A stretch of 64,000 nt of DNA from Bacillota bacterium (GCA_015059485.1 SVAH01000004.1:15822-79821), one strand, 5' to 3'; positions 27,136 to 38,095 are shown, numbered from the stretch's first letter. Numbers and translations are program-made. Notes: generated from the letters alone by a model not told the origin.

Positions 27136-27717
27136 CTATCTTTTAAAATCAAGATTTTTAAATAAAGTCCTATAGATTAATCTAAAAGTAAATAAAATTA
27201 AGCTATTTAAGTATAAATCCTTTAATACATCTTCTCTTTTAGAAAAATAATCATGTTTTAATATAATCCTATTATTAATAGATAAACATTTTAATATAAT
27301 TAAATCTTCATATTTAATAGTTCTAATTCTTTTACAAACTTCACTACAATTAAACAACTTACACGTCAAGTTAGATGTTGTACATCCATTATTACTTTGA
27401 TGATTACATTTTCTACAACAACCATTTATCTTATCATTTAATCTTTGAGTATAGCATTTACCATTAATAAATCCACATATATTTTTATTCATATTATAAT
27501 CATCTATCTTTTTACATGCACTATCATATACAAAAGTTATTCTTTCTTTTCTATTTTTTATATTTAAAGCGGTAATTATCACTTCTAAATCACTATCTTT
27601 AATATTTGATTCTAATTTAAATTTGCAATTTCTAAAAAAGAAAGATTTATAATATTTAATCTTTCTTAAAAATTTCTTTTTATCAAATTCATTATTTATA
27701 ACTACTATTTTTTTCAT
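27136..27717 (-). CDS. Cys-rich hypothetical protein (9 Cys in about 45 aa: CGFINGKCYTQRLNDKINGCCRKCNHQSNNGCTTSNLTCKLFNCSEVCK); possible metal or Fe-S binding protein
   Basis: 193-aa ORF. Its start overlaps the stop of ORF 27714-29171 by 4 nt. It lies 32 nt upstream of sufB. It is not a clean CxxCxxCC (YkgJ) or radical-SAM motif. Confidence 0.45.
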   Translation of the reverse strand: MKKIVVINNEFDKKKFLRKIKYYKSFFFRNCKFKLESNIKDSDLEVIITALNIKNRKERITFVYDSACKKIDDYNMNKNICGFINGKCYTQRLNDKINGCCRKCNHQSNNGCTTSNLTCKLFNCSEVCKRIRTIKYEDLIILKCLSINNRIILKHDYFSKREDVLKDLYLNSLILFTFRLIYRTLFKNLDFKR

Positions 27718-29171
27718 CGTTTTATATTGCTTTCTTGTTCATCACGTAATGATTCATTATATTTTTCTGATTTCAATTTAATATCATCAAGAACTTTCTT
27801 AAGAATCTGAATATTCTCTAATAAATTTTTTTCTTTATCCATAGGAATTACATAACCTCCAAATAAATCATCAACCAAGTATCCTAATTTTTTTAGAAAA
27901 CTACCTTCAGCTCTATCATAAATAGATATATAACTACCATTTACTCTAACATGTATTCCAAATGAATCACAATAATTATTTATCGAAACAATAAGATTTT
28001 CTAAATAACCATTTTCCTTTAATACTAAGTTATCTTCTTTTGATAAATATTTTATTTTTTTAGATAATAATTCATTAATCAAATTAGCTTCTTCATAAGT
28101 TTTTTGATTTTCTAATAATCTTTTATATAATTCAAATTGATTTTTTAGATATTCATCATTTAAAATATACTTGTCTTTAATTTCTCCGAAAGATTCATCA
28201 TCTGTATACTTTTTCCATCTATCAATTGTTTCATGAGTATTAAATAGTTTTATTTCATTATTATTAAACTCTATTCCAAATTTGATTATTAAGTGTGAAA
28301 ACTCATTAAAATTTAATTTTTCACCTTCAGATAATAGGATAAATTGATTGAAAGTCATATTTTTCAAGTCATTACTGTCAATTTCTCTATCGAATATTGA
28401 TGAAAAAAATAAATCTCTTTTTAAAATATAACCTTCTACTTTTCTGTACACGGTTTCAGAATGATAAAAAGTTCCATAATTATTTTTTTTAGAATATTCT
28501 TCTATTAACATTTCATTTTTTTCATTTTTTATTGTATGTACTAATAAAGACTGAGGCTTATATCCCATTGCTATCATTGCTTTAGTTGCAGCAATTATTG
28601 TATCTCCTGTATAAAAAACTATTTTTGCTTTAATACTATTTACATCCAATTGGTCTTTCTCTTCTTCTTTAACTAATATTAATGCATTTTCACTTAGTTT
28701 AATTCTATCTAAAAAAAATGTATCAGAAGCACCAAAACCACAAACTTCACTATCAATTTCATTAAAAGGCTGCAATACAATAAATTTTTTCTTTCTCCAA
28801 TCTCCACCGTTATTTGGCTTTACAACACAATTTAAGGTTGAATGAACTGTAACTCTATGACTTACAGATTTATTTTCTTTATATGTTGATAATAAATCTA
28901 TTACTTTTGCTTTTCCTAATTCACTTGAAATTATTTCACTATTTCTAGGAAAAAAATCTGTTGCATGTACTACGCATAATTCATTTTTTAAGTCCTCATT
29001 AAAATCTAAATCAATTAATTGTTCTAAAGGAATATTTCCTATTGTTGGATTATCTCCATCAATAACAAATCTTTTATCTTTTAACATTGTTGAATATAAA
29101 TATCTAGCATATTTAAAATATTCTATTTTATTTTCCATTTCTTTATCCATTATTTCTGTCATTATTATCAC
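27714..29171 (-). CDS. Hypothetical 485-aa cytoplasmic protein; no family recognised
   Basis: Long ORF with good coding character. Translationally coupled to the Cys-rich ORF. Confidence 0.5.
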   Translation of the reverse strand: MIIMTEIMDKEMENKIEYFKYARYLYSTMLKDKRFVIDGDNPTIGNIPLEQLIDLDFNEDLKNELCVVHATDFFPRNSEIISSELGKAKVIDLLSTYKENKSVSHRVTVHSTLNCVVKPNNGGDWRKKKFIVLQPFNEIDSEVCGFGASDTFFLDRIKLSENALILVKEEEKDQLDVNSIKAKIVFYTGDTIIAATKAMIAMGYKPQSLLVHTIKNEKNEMLIEEYSKKNNYGTFYHSETVYRKVEGYILKRDLFFSSIFDREIDSNDLKNMTFNQFILLSEGEKLNFNEFSHLIIKFGIEFNNNEIKLFNTHETIDRWKKYTDDESFGEIKDKYILNDEYLKNQFELYKRLLENQKTYEEANLINELLSKKIKYLSKEDNLVLKENGYLENLIVSINNYCDSFGIHVRVNGSYISIYDRAEGSFLKKLGYLVDDLFGGYVIPMDKEKNLLENIQILKKVLDDIKLKSEKYNESLRDEQESNIKR

Positions 29172-29261
29172 CTCATTTTAAATAATACATTAAGAAATTT
29201 TCTTTTTCTAAATTTTTCGTGAAGAAAATAAAAGAAATGTAAAAATCCTCATAATAAGACT

Positions 29262-30557
29262 CTACCTAAACATTGTTGAAATCAAATAAACTATTGATAA
29301 ACATGACATAAATATTATAGATAAAATTACCATTAAAGAAACTTTGCCATCTTTATTGCTTGTACTTTTTTCTAATTTTCTTTTTAATTCATCTTTTCTC
29401 TCTTCACTCATTCCTTCAAGTTTCTGTTTTTTCTCTAAAGGATTTGTTAATTCATAAAATTTTTCTACTGCATTAATTTGATTTTTGTTTAGCATTCCTT
29501 GTTCTTTATAGACTTCCAATTCACTTATATAAATATGATATTTTTTAAAATATTGTAATACTTCCTCTGATAAATATTCTTCATAAATATACATATCTCC
29601 TAAAGTCTGTTCCCATAGTTTAACTTGACTTTCTTGTTCTTTATTAAGTGGATTTGGACTATTATTTAAATCTAGAAAATCTTGGAATGGTATTAATTCA
29701 ACTTTTTCTTCTTCTTTTTTTGTTTTATCTTCTAACTGTTCTTCATTTTCTTTTAGCTCTTCTTTACTATTATCTTTCGCCTTATCATTTTCTTCTTTTT
29801 CTCTACCATATTTTTCAACAACTAAATTGCCATCATTATCTCTTTTATAAGTTCTAGTTTCATTATTTTCAGGATGTAAAGTATCCACTATTGTTATTAT
29901 ATCTTCATTTTCATTACCATAAACATGAACTCCTTGTTTTCCTTCAAACTCTTTTTTTACACCATCTATTTTATTTTTAAAGTCTTCAGAAACATATGAA
30001 TTATTATCCATATTTAAAGTATTATCTAAACTAACTTCTGGCAAATATCTACTTACAAGACTAATAAAAGAATCTAAGTTTTTATCATTTTTCATTAAAT
30101 ATTCATCCATGACTATAGAAAGATCAAAATCTCTATCATTTTTAAACATATGTACTTTAGAAGAACTATCAATCATATTAAAATATTGTTCATGTGAAAA
30201 ATCATGGTCTTTATTAATAACCGTAATATTTTTTAATACTTCATTACCTTTTTTTACTTGATTAATTAGTTCAGTATTTCTATCTTTAATATTAAAACTA
30301 CCCGTTTTTAAAGATGCTGCCATTACATCAGAATTTATTTTTAAAATATTAAATAAAGATTCCATTTTCATAGTATATATTTCTTTTAATAATTTTTCAT
30401 TAGCATTAACAATATTTTTAATATTAATTTTATCAAGTGGAAGAGTTTTTCCATTATATATAAGATTTTTTCCATCTAGTTTAACATCTTTAAATTCATC
30501 TGGATTAATCCCATTTAAATATCTTAAAACTTCCATATTTTCTTCTAAATTAGTCAT
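29262..30557 (-). CDS. Hypothetical 431-aa protein with acidic coiled-coil region and C-terminal TM anchor (tail-anchored)
   Basis: The last about 25 aa, VSLMVILSIIFMSCLSIVYLISTMFR, are hydrophobic. Mid-region is Lys/Glu-rich. Confidence 0.5.
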   Translation of the reverse strand: MTNLEENMEVLRYLNGINPDEFKDVKLDGKNLIYNGKTLPLDKINIKNIVNANEKLLKEIYTMKMESLFNILKINSDVMAASLKTGSFNIKDRNTELINQVKKGNEVLKNITVINKDHDFSHEQYFNMIDSSSKVHMFKNDRDFDLSIVMDEYLMKNDKNLDSFISLVSRYLPEVSLDNTLNMDNNSYVSEDFKNKIDGVKKEFEGKQGVHVYGNENEDIITIVDTLHPENNETRTYKRDNDGNLVVEKYGREKEENDKAKDNSKEELKENEEQLEDKTKKEEEKVELIPFQDFLDLNNSPNPLNKEQESQVKLWEQTLGDMYIYEEYLSEEVLQYFKKYHIYISELEVYKEQGMLNKNQINAVEKFYELTNPLEKKQKLEGMSEERKDELKRKLEKSTSNKDGKVSLMVILSIIFMSCLSIVYLISTMFR

Positions 30558-30665
30558 AAATATTACCTCTATTCTATATACAATAGAATATCATAATTTT
30601 TATATTTTAACAATTGATAATAAATACTATTTTTGATATACTCATATTATGCTAGGAAGGTTTTT

Positions 30666-31580
30666 ATGAACGAGTATATTTATAATGAGAATACTAAATT
30701 TATAAATAGTTGGAAATCAATTAATCCAAATTTAAAAAATATTACTTTAGAAAACAATATACTAAAAGATTCTAAAGGTTCAAGTATTAATTTAAAAACT
30801 TATTTAATTTCTACTATTTTAAAAAATGATTTTGTTAATAATAATATAAATTCTATAAATGAAGAATTATTTTTAAAAATAGTTGAACTTAATTCTAAAG
30901 CTTTTGAAATTTCTAATAGTCATTTAGAAAATATTACTATTGATGAAAAAATCAGAAAAATTAAAATTAATGAAAAAGGCGAAGCTATTGCTGAAACTGA
31001 AAAAAATAATAATGTTGAAATAACTGGGCATAAAGCTTTAAAAGTATTAAGTACTTATACTAGCTTAATTGCAAATAATACTGTTCATATATCCCTTTCT
31101 ACTCTACTAAAAAAACTTAATAATAATAAATTTTATGATTTAATTGAAACTGATTATGAATTATCTAATAGTGATTATGAATATATAACTAACTTTTCTA
31201 AGTTTATGTTAGAGTTATCTATAAATAAAGATTATATAACAGAAGAAACTAAATCTTTATTAAATAATTATGAATTTTTAATGTTTAATTTAAAAAATAG
31301 TGATAGTAAAACTAGAAATCAAAAACTTGCATTAGATCAATATGAAAGCAATCAAATAATATTTAAAAATACTAATAAAAAAAATGATGATATAAACGAA
31401 AATAAAAATAACGTTAATCAAACTATTAAAATGAAAAACATAATTATTAATGAAAATAAAAAAGAAGAAACTTTAGAAAATAAAGTATCTCCTTCTTATG
31501 GGTTTAATTCTTATGTTTTAATTGGTATTTCAATTTTCATTACATTAATGTTTACTATATTACTCATAATAATACAATAA
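30666..31580 (+). CDS. Hypothetical Asn/Lys-rich protein with C-terminal TM anchor
   Basis: The track ORF starts at a TTG at 30633. The ATG at 30666, preceded by AGGAAGG with a 5-nt spacer, is the more likely start. C-terminus is YVLIGISIFITLMFTILLIII. Confidence 0.5.
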   Translation: MNEYIYNENTKFINSWKSINPNLKNITLENNILKDSKGSSINLKTYLISTILKNDFVNNNINSINEELFLKIVELNSKAFEISNSHLENITIDEKIRKIKINEKGEAIAETEKNNNVEITGHKALKVLSTYTSLIANNTVHISLSTLLKKLNNNKFYDLIETDYELSNSDYEYITNFSKFMLELSINKDYITEETKSLLNNYEFLMFNLKNSDSKTRNQKLALDQYESNQIIFKNTNKKNDDINENKNNVNQTIKMKNIIINENKKEETLENKVSPSYGFNSYVLIGISIFITLMFTILLIIIQ

Positions 31581-31584
31581 TTAC

Positions 31585-33528
31585 TTAACTAAGTAATTTT
31601 TTTATTATATAAATTCCTAATAAAAACATATAACAAATATTATTACTATTTTTTAACGTATTAGGTACACTTACTTCCATTACATCACCTGTATACTCAT
31701 CTTTTATATTATTGTTTTCATCTAATTCTATATAAGATATTACATTATCATTTTTATCTTCTTTTTCATCTATATTTACCTCTTTATTCTCATCTATTTT
31801 AGAAATATTATTTTCTTCTTTTCTATGTCTAGATAAATAATAATATAATTCTACTAAACGATAACCATCTTTCTTTTTATACTCTGTATTTTTATTAAGA
31901 GTAAATTTTATAGTATCACTTTCATAATCATAGTTTTTAGAATTAACTAATTTAATTGCATATTCACCTTCATTATAATAACCATAAAATAATATATTTC
32001 CAAACTTATCTGTCTTGTAAGTACACCTTGAATCACTACATATTTTTCTATGATCTTTATCATATATTTCAAATTCAATACCTTCTATTTTTTCTTTAGT
32101 ATTTTTATCACTTACATTTAAATTTACTTTATATTTAATTTTGTTATCTACAAATGTTAATATATTAACTTTTTTAGAATCTTTTACATATATCTTATAA
32201 TCATCTATCATTTCATATCCATCATATACGCTTAATTGTTTTAATTTATATTTACCATATGGTAATTCAAAAGCAATCTTACCATAATTATTAGTTTTGT
32301 ATTTTTCTATCAAATTATTACTTTCATCATATATTCCAAATTCAATATTACTTTCAGCTTTCATAATATTATCATCTTTATATAATTTAGTAATTTCATA
32401 ATTTTCTTTAATAACTTTTTCTTTTAAAGTTATACTTATAGCCGGGCTATTTCTAGTAATATCTAGATAATACTTATTAGAATCAATTAGATAGCCATTA
32501 CTAGCTTCTAACTCTTGTACATAATATCTTCCTTCTTTCAATTTTTTATTAAATCTTATGTTTCCACTTTTATCTGTTCTTTTTTCTTCAATTAAATTGG
32601 AATTATTATCATATAATCCATATAATGCATTTTCTAAACTAGCACTTCCTTGAGGCGTAGATAGTGATGTATCATGGTCTACTTTATAGATAATTATAGT
32701 TCCATATGTAGTAGTTATTTCTTTTTTTAGTACTACATCTTCTACATTCCCTGGTAATAATAAATTTTGACTATTACTTGAAACATAAACAACTGGATTA
32801 TTATTATAAAAGTTATTATTTTTTACAAAATTAATTGAACCAAACATATTATTTTCATTGTTGTTATTTACAATTAAAGAATTTCCATTTGTTCTAACAT
32901 TTAATGTATTTGATGTAACACTGAATTTGGATAAAACAGTATTTGTATCAACAAATGAAGTATCACTTCCTAAAAATACATCTAAATAATTAGTGTTAAA
33001 ATTAGGAACAATATAATGATTATTTACAATATTTTCAAGTTCACTCATTTCATTTGTATATTTAACTATTCTATTTCCATTTAAAGTATTTGTAAAATAA
33101 ATATCATAATCTAAATTATTTACTTGCCATATCATATACTGAGTTACAACATACCATTTTATATCTGTATGATCATAATAATCATCTTTATAACCATATC
33201 CATAATATGCAAGCAGTTTAATTTTATTCCATTTTTCTTCACTTAAGTTTGCATAATCTTTTTGATTATCATCATAACCAGTAAATATTTCATTTTCATC
33301 TATTGATTTACCAGGCTCAATACAATATAAAAATCTACCATCACTATTTCTTACTATCTTTGTCATTTGCTGGTATTTTTTTATACCATTTTTTTCTTTT
33401 GTAACATATTCATTAGAAATCCACATTCCGTGTTCATTTACTTTGTCTTCATAAATTGATGCATAAACATTTTTTGTACTAAGAAATAATACAATTAAAA
33501 CAACCAAAAACCCTATTTTTTTTAACAT
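31585..33528 (-). CDS. Secreted surface protein with three Cna-B/SpaA-type (prealbumin-like fold) repeats
   Basis: Likely start is the ATG at 33528 (MLKKIGFLVVLIVLFLSTKNVYA signal peptide; AAAGGAGA upstream). Repeats: TDKSGNIRFNKKLKEGRYYVQELEASNGY, TNNYGKIAFELPYGKYKLKQLSVYDGY and TDKFGNILFYGYYNEGEYAIKLVNSKNY. The C-terminal tail SVPNTLKNSNN-hydrophobic-KKLLS resembles a sortase sorting signal with a non-canonical motif. Confidence 0.65.
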   Translation of the reverse strand: MLKKIGFLVVLIVLFLSTKNVYASIYEDKVNEHGMWISNEYVTKEKNGIKKYQQMTKIVRNSDGRFLYCIEPGKSIDENEIFTGYDDNQKDYANLSEEKWNKIKLLAYYGYGYKDDYYDHTDIKWYVVTQYMIWQVNNLDYDIYFTNTLNGNRIVKYTNEMSELENIVNNHYIVPNFNTNYLDVFLGSDTSFVDTNTVLSKFSVTSNTLNVRTNGNSLIVNNNNENNMFGSINFVKNNNFYNNNPVVYVSSNSQNLLLPGNVEDVVLKKEITTTYGTIIIYKVDHDTSLSTPQGSASLENALYGLYDNNSNLIEEKRTDKSGNIRFNKKLKEGRYYVQELEASNGYLIDSNKYYLDITRNSPAISITLKEKVIKENYEITKLYKDDNIMKAESNIEFGIYDESNNLIEKYKTNNYGKIAFELPYGKYKLKQLSVYDGYEMIDDYKIYVKDSKKVNILTFVDNKIKYKVNLNVSDKNTKEKIEGIEFEIYDKDHRKICSDSRCTYKTDKFGNILFYGYYNEGEYAIKLVNSKNYDYESDTIKFTLNKNTEYKKKDGYRLVELYYYLSRHRKEENNISKIDENKEVNIDEKEDKNDNVISYIELDENNNIKDEYTGDVMEVSVPNTLKNSNNICYMFLLGIYIIKKLLS

Positions 33529-33651
33529 ATAGTCTCCTTTCTTTACTGCTTGGAGACTTATTATAAATATATATTTTCTACTTTCAAGTCTTTCGACAAA
33601 AGATATCAAAACTAGAACTTTTTTGACATAAAAAAAAGGCTTATCTTAAGC

Positions 33652-35823
33652 CTAATTATTCTTAAATTGTGAATTATATAGATCTGCATAGAAACCTTTT
33701 TGTTTCATTAATTCTTCATGTGTTCCAGTTTCTATAATATCTCCTTCATTCATTACTAAAATATTATCTGCATTTTTAATAGTAGATAATCTATGTGCAA
33801 TAATAAATGATGTTCTACCTTTCATTAGTTTATCCATAGCTTTTTGAACTAATTCTTCTGTTCTGGTATCTACATTTGATGTAGCTTCATCAAGAATTAA
33901 GAAAGGAGCATCCTCAATCATACCACGTGCTATAGTTAAAAGTTGCTTTTGACCTGCAGAAATACTATCATTGTTAGAGACTATAAAATCAAGTCCTCCA
34001 GGTAATGATTTCACAAAATGATCTATACCTACAGTTTTTAGGGCATTCCATATTTTATCATCTGAAATGTTTTTCTTATTATATTTTATATTATCTCTAA
34101 TTGTTCCTTCAAATAACCAAGTATCTTGAAGAACCATTATAAATAAATCATGTATATTTTCACGAGTTAGTTCTTTTGTAGAAGTATCATCAATTATAAT
34201 ATCTCCACCATTGATATCATAAAATTTCATAAGCAAATTAACCATAGTTGTCTTTCCAGCACCTGTAGGACCAACTATTGCGATTTTTTCACCAGGTTCT
34301 GCTTTAGCACTAAAATCTTTAATTATTATTTTATTCTCGTCATAACCAAATTTAACATCTTTAAACTCAATTTTACCTTTTACTTCTTCTCTTTTTAACT
34401 TAAACTTTAAGTTTTCTTGACTAGGCATTTCTTTTTCATCTAAAAATTCAAATACTCTTTCTGATGCTGCAGCTGATGATTGTATACTTGTCATACTTTG
34501 TGCTATTTGGCTCATTGGATTTGTAAACATTCTAACATATATCATAAATGCTACAATTACGCCAAATGTTATAACACTATTCATAACAAGTAAAGCTCCA
34601 ACTATACAAACTGCAACATATCCAAAATTACCTATAAACATCATAAATGGAGGCATAAGTCCAGATAAAAATTGACTTTTTCTATTCGCTTCATATAATT
34701 TTTCATTTAAATCATCAAATTTATCTTTAGCTTCATCAACACCATTATATACTTTAACAACTTTATGTCCTGTATACATTTCTTCAATAAATCCATTTAA
34801 ATTACCTAAATCTTCTTGTTTTCTAACAAAATATTTTTGTGACTTAGATAATATTTTAGCCATAAAGATAAATCCAAATAAACTCGATAAAATTGCAGTT
34901 ATTGCCATTATCCAATTTGTTACAAACATCATTATAATAGAACCTAAGAAAAGTGTAATATTCGAAACCAAACTAGCTAAAGACATATTAAGACTTTGAG
35001 CAATAGTATCTACATCATTAGTAATTCTTGAAAGTATATCTCCTGTTTCATGACTATCAAAATACTTAAGAGGTAATTTATTTATTTTATTGCTTATATT
35101 AGTTCTTAAACTTTGGGCAAATCTATTAGATACAGTTGACATTGAATAATTCTGAATATATCCAAATAGTGACGATAAAACAAGTAAAGTAATAAGAATT
35201 ATTGATAATTTTTTTATTTTTTTCATATCTATACTTGGTTTTACTAAATTGTAAATAGATTTTGGTAATTTATCAAATAATTTAACTTGTTCTTCTTGAT
35301 CATCTTTATTTAAATTTTTCATTATCTTAATAAATTCAAGTTCATCTTTTGAACTAATTATTATATTATCTACTTCTATATCATTTAGTAAATACAACAT
35401 TACACTATCAGGCATTTCCATAAATAGTTTATAATTATCTTCACTTTTTTCATTAGTTGTATTTGCTAGTATTTCTGTTGTTTTTTTGACATCTTCTTGA
35501 GGTATATCTGATGATGTAAGTATCGTAAGCATTTTTTCTTGCATATTTTCTTCACTGAAATTTTCAAATATTTTATTTGAAATAGTTTCTAATTTTTTTG
35601 TATTAGGCTGTAATCCTAACGCTATTGCATCCGCAAAATCAGATAATTTATTTGGTGTTATTAACGATAAAACTGCACTTAACACAGCAAGTACTAATGA
35701 TAAGTATAACAGTACTTTCCATGGCCTTAAATTGTTGATTAATCTTTTTACAGCATTTTCTAAATTCTTAGGCTTTTCTATCTTTTTATTTGGTCTAGGC
35801 ATTAGATAGCTCCTCCTCTCCAA
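33652..35823 (-). CDS. ABC exporter, fused permease/ATPase subunit, with an approximately 170-aa extracytoplasmic insertion between TM1 and TM2
   Basis: 723 aa. Walker A GPTGAGKTT, signature SAGQKQ, Walker B ILDEAT. Has the type I exporter TMD. Confidence 0.85.
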   Translation of the reverse strand: MERRSYLMPRPNKKIEKPKNLENAVKRLINNLRPWKVLLYLSLVLAVLSAVLSLITPNKLSDFADAIALGLQPNTKKLETISNKIFENFSEENMQEKMLTILTSSDIPQEDVKKTTEILANTTNEKSEDNYKLFMEMPDSVMLYLLNDIEVDNIIISSKDELEFIKIMKNLNKDDQEEQVKLFDKLPKSIYNLVKPSIDMKKIKKLSIILITLLVLSSLFGYIQNYSMSTVSNRFAQSLRTNISNKINKLPLKYFDSHETGDILSRITNDVDTIAQSLNMSLASLVSNITLFLGSIIMMFVTNWIMAITAILSSLFGFIFMAKILSKSQKYFVRKQEDLGNLNGFIEEMYTGHKVVKVYNGVDEAKDKFDDLNEKLYEANRKSQFLSGLMPPFMMFIGNFGYVAVCIVGALLVMNSVITFGVIVAFMIYVRMFTNPMSQIAQSMTSIQSSAAASERVFEFLDEKEMPSQENLKFKLKREEVKGKIEFKDVKFGYDENKIIIKDFSAKAEPGEKIAIVGPTGAGKTTMVNLLMKFYDINGGDIIIDDTSTKELTRENIHDLFIMVLQDTWLFEGTIRDNIKYNKKNISDDKIWNALKTVGIDHFVKSLPGGLDFIVSNNDSISAGQKQLLTIARGMIEDAPFLILDEATSNVDTRTEELVQKAMDKLMKGRTSFIIAHRLSTIKNADNILVMNEGDIIETGTHEELMKQKGFYADLYNSQFKNN

Positions 35824-37552
35824 ATTGTGACAAAGCTATTTCTTTATAAACATTACAGCTTTTTAATAATTCTTTATGAGTTCCAACTCCAACACATTCA
35901 CCTTTATCTAATACTATAATTTTATCTGCGTTTAAAATTGTTCCTATTCTTTGCGCAACAATCAAACTAGTAGCATCTTTTGTATATTTTTTTAACTCTT
36001 TTCTAAGATTTGCATCAGTTTTATAGTCAAGTGCTGAGAAAGAATCATCAAATATATATATTTCTGGATTTCTAAATATTGCTCTTGCAATAGATAGCCT
36101 TTGTTTTTGTCCACCAGATACATTAGTTCCACCAAATGCTATGTGCGAATCATATGTTTTTTCCATTTTTTCAACAAAATCTTCACCTTGTGCTACTTTA
36201 ATTGCTTCTTTAACTTTATTTAATTTTTTCTTTACTCCATTATTTCCATAGCTTACATTATCTTTAATGCTTCCTGTAAACATAATTGCTTTTTGAGAAA
36301 CATATCCTAATTTTTCATATAATTTTTCTAATTTATAATCTTTTACATTTATTCCATCTATAAGTATTTCTCCATCTGTTACATCATAAAATCTTGGAAC
36401 TAAATCTATCAATGTCGTTTTACCTGAACCTGTTGAACCTATGAATGCAACAGTTTCACCTTTTTCAGCTTTAAATGAAATATTTTTTAATATATATTCG
36501 TCTGCATCTGGATATTTAAATGATACATTTTTAAATTCAACTGTTCCTTTTTCTTTTGTATCTTTAAAGTACTCTCCATCTTCAATAGATACTTTTTCTT
36601 CTAATACTTCATTAATACGTTTAGCACTAATACTTGCACGTGGTGCCATCATAAAAATTAATGCTAACATTAAAAATGACATTATTACTTGTATTCCATA
36701 ACTTGAGAATACTACCATATTAGAAAATAATTCTATTTTTTCACTCATTAATGCATTTTCTATTAAGAAAGCTCCAATTATATATATTCCAGCAGATAAA
36801 CCATGCATTACAAAGTTCATCATTGGAAACATTATTGCAAAACATCTTTGTGTAAATAGTTGAGTATTTGTTAAGTCATTATTAACTTCAAGAAATCTTT
36901 CTTTTTGAAACTTTTCTGCATTAAATGCTCTTACTACTCTAATACCAGTTAAGTTTTCTCGTGTTACTCCATTTATTTTATCAACTAGTTTTTGAACTTT
37001 TGAAAACTTTGGTAAAACTATTATCATAAGTATTCCAATTACAGTTAAAAGTACTAAAACACATATTCCAGTTAAAATACTCCATTCTACTCCTTTATCA
37101 ATTATTTTTAGTATTGCCCAAACTGCCATAATTGGAGCTTTGATCATCATTTGTAGTCCCATAGATATAAGCATTTCTATTTGAGTAACATCATTTGTAG
37201 TCCTTGTTATTAAACTACTTGTTTGAAATTTCTTTATTTCAGCAGTAGAAAATTTACTTACTTTTCTAAATATTTTTTCTCTTAAATTTTTTGAAAAACT
37301 AGATGCTATATTAGCAGCATAATATCCTACAAAACATGCAGCAGCAAGTGAACCAAATGCACAAAGTAACATATACACTCCTTGCTCTACTATTTCACTC
37401 ATTTTACTTCCTTCCGTTTGAACAAGTCTAGTAACTGAACTCATATAATCAGGAATTTTTAAATCAAGATAAACTTGAAAAACAATTAACGAAACACATA
37501 TAATAATGAAAAACAAATCTTTTTTCTTAAAATTTTTAAATAATTTAAACAT
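35795..37552 (-). CDS. ABC exporter, fused permease/ATPase subunit (heterodimer partner)
   Basis: 585 aa. Walker A GSTGSGKTT, signature SGGQKQR, Walker B IFDDSFSALD. Overlaps the downstream ABC gene. Confidence 0.85.
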   Translation of the reverse strand: MFKLFKNFKKKDLFFIIICVSLIVFQVYLDLKIPDYMSSVTRLVQTEGSKMSEIVEQGVYMLLCAFGSLAAACFVGYYAANIASSFSKNLREKIFRKVSKFSTAEIKKFQTSSLITRTTNDVTQIEMLISMGLQMMIKAPIMAVWAILKIIDKGVEWSILTGICVLVLLTVIGILMIIVLPKFSKVQKLVDKINGVTRENLTGIRVVRAFNAEKFQKERFLEVNNDLTNTQLFTQRCFAIMFPMMNFVMHGLSAGIYIIGAFLIENALMSEKIELFSNMVVFSSYGIQVIMSFLMLALIFMMAPRASISAKRINEVLEEKVSIEDGEYFKDTKEKGTVEFKNVSFKYPDADEYILKNISFKAEKGETVAFIGSTGSGKTTLIDLVPRFYDVTDGEILIDGINVKDYKLEKLYEKLGYVSQKAIMFTGSIKDNVSYGNNGVKKKLNKVKEAIKVAQGEDFVEKMEKTYDSHIAFGGTNVSGGQKQRLSIARAIFRNPEIYIFDDSFSALDYKTDANLRKELKKYTKDATSLIVAQRIGTILNADKIIVLDKGECVGVGTHKELLKSCNVYKEIALSQFGEEELSNA

Positions 37553-38000
37553 TCACAATCTCCTCCTTGTAATTCTTTGAATTTTCTATTATCTTTTCTA
37601 TTACTTTGCAAAAAATTTCATACTCATCTTCACTTATACTTTTCATAAGTATTTCTTCAGCTTCTTTATGAATATTTTCAAATTCTATATTTAATTTTTT
37701 TGATTTTGGCAATAATTTAATCTTCTGATACCTTTTATCTTCATTGTTATTTACTAAAATAATATAATTTTTATTAACTAATGATGTCAATATTTTTGAT
37801 ATATATGCTTTTGAAAAACAATGTTTTTTTACGATATCGCACGCGCTATTTATTGTATTATCATTGGTCAAAAAAAATATTACAAATATTTCTTGTATAG
37901 TTAAATCATATTTAACACATATTTTTTCAAGTTTTTTATTAATTAACTTTTTAGCATATTTTTCCAATAAAAAAGTGTTTTCAATCAATTTTTTATTCAT
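37545..38000 (-). CDS. MarR-family transcriptional regulator
   Basis: 151 aa with a winged-HTH region (TIQEIFVIFFL...). Overlaps the first ABC gene. Confidence 0.6.
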   Translation of the reverse strand: MNKKLIENTFLLEKYAKKLINKKLEKICVKYDLTIQEIFVIFFLTNDNTINSACDIVKKHCFSKAYISKILTSLVNKNYIILVNNNEDKRYQKIKLLPKSKKLNIEFENIHKEAEEILMKSISEDEYEIFCKVIEKIIENSKNYKEEIVNV

Positions 38001-38095
38001 TATTATTCCACCTTTTTAATAGTTCACTAGTGAACTGCCTATATAAGTATATGATTTTAATAAAAAAAAGTCAACAAAAAAAATAGCACATTGTG

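Noticed and set aside
27136-27717. Cys-rich protein as a YkgJ/CxxCxxCC (PF03692) or radical-SAM protein
   Set aside because: The Cys spacing (C-x6-C ... CC-x2-C ... C-x3-C) does not match CxxCxxCC or CxxxCxxC, so no family assignment is made.
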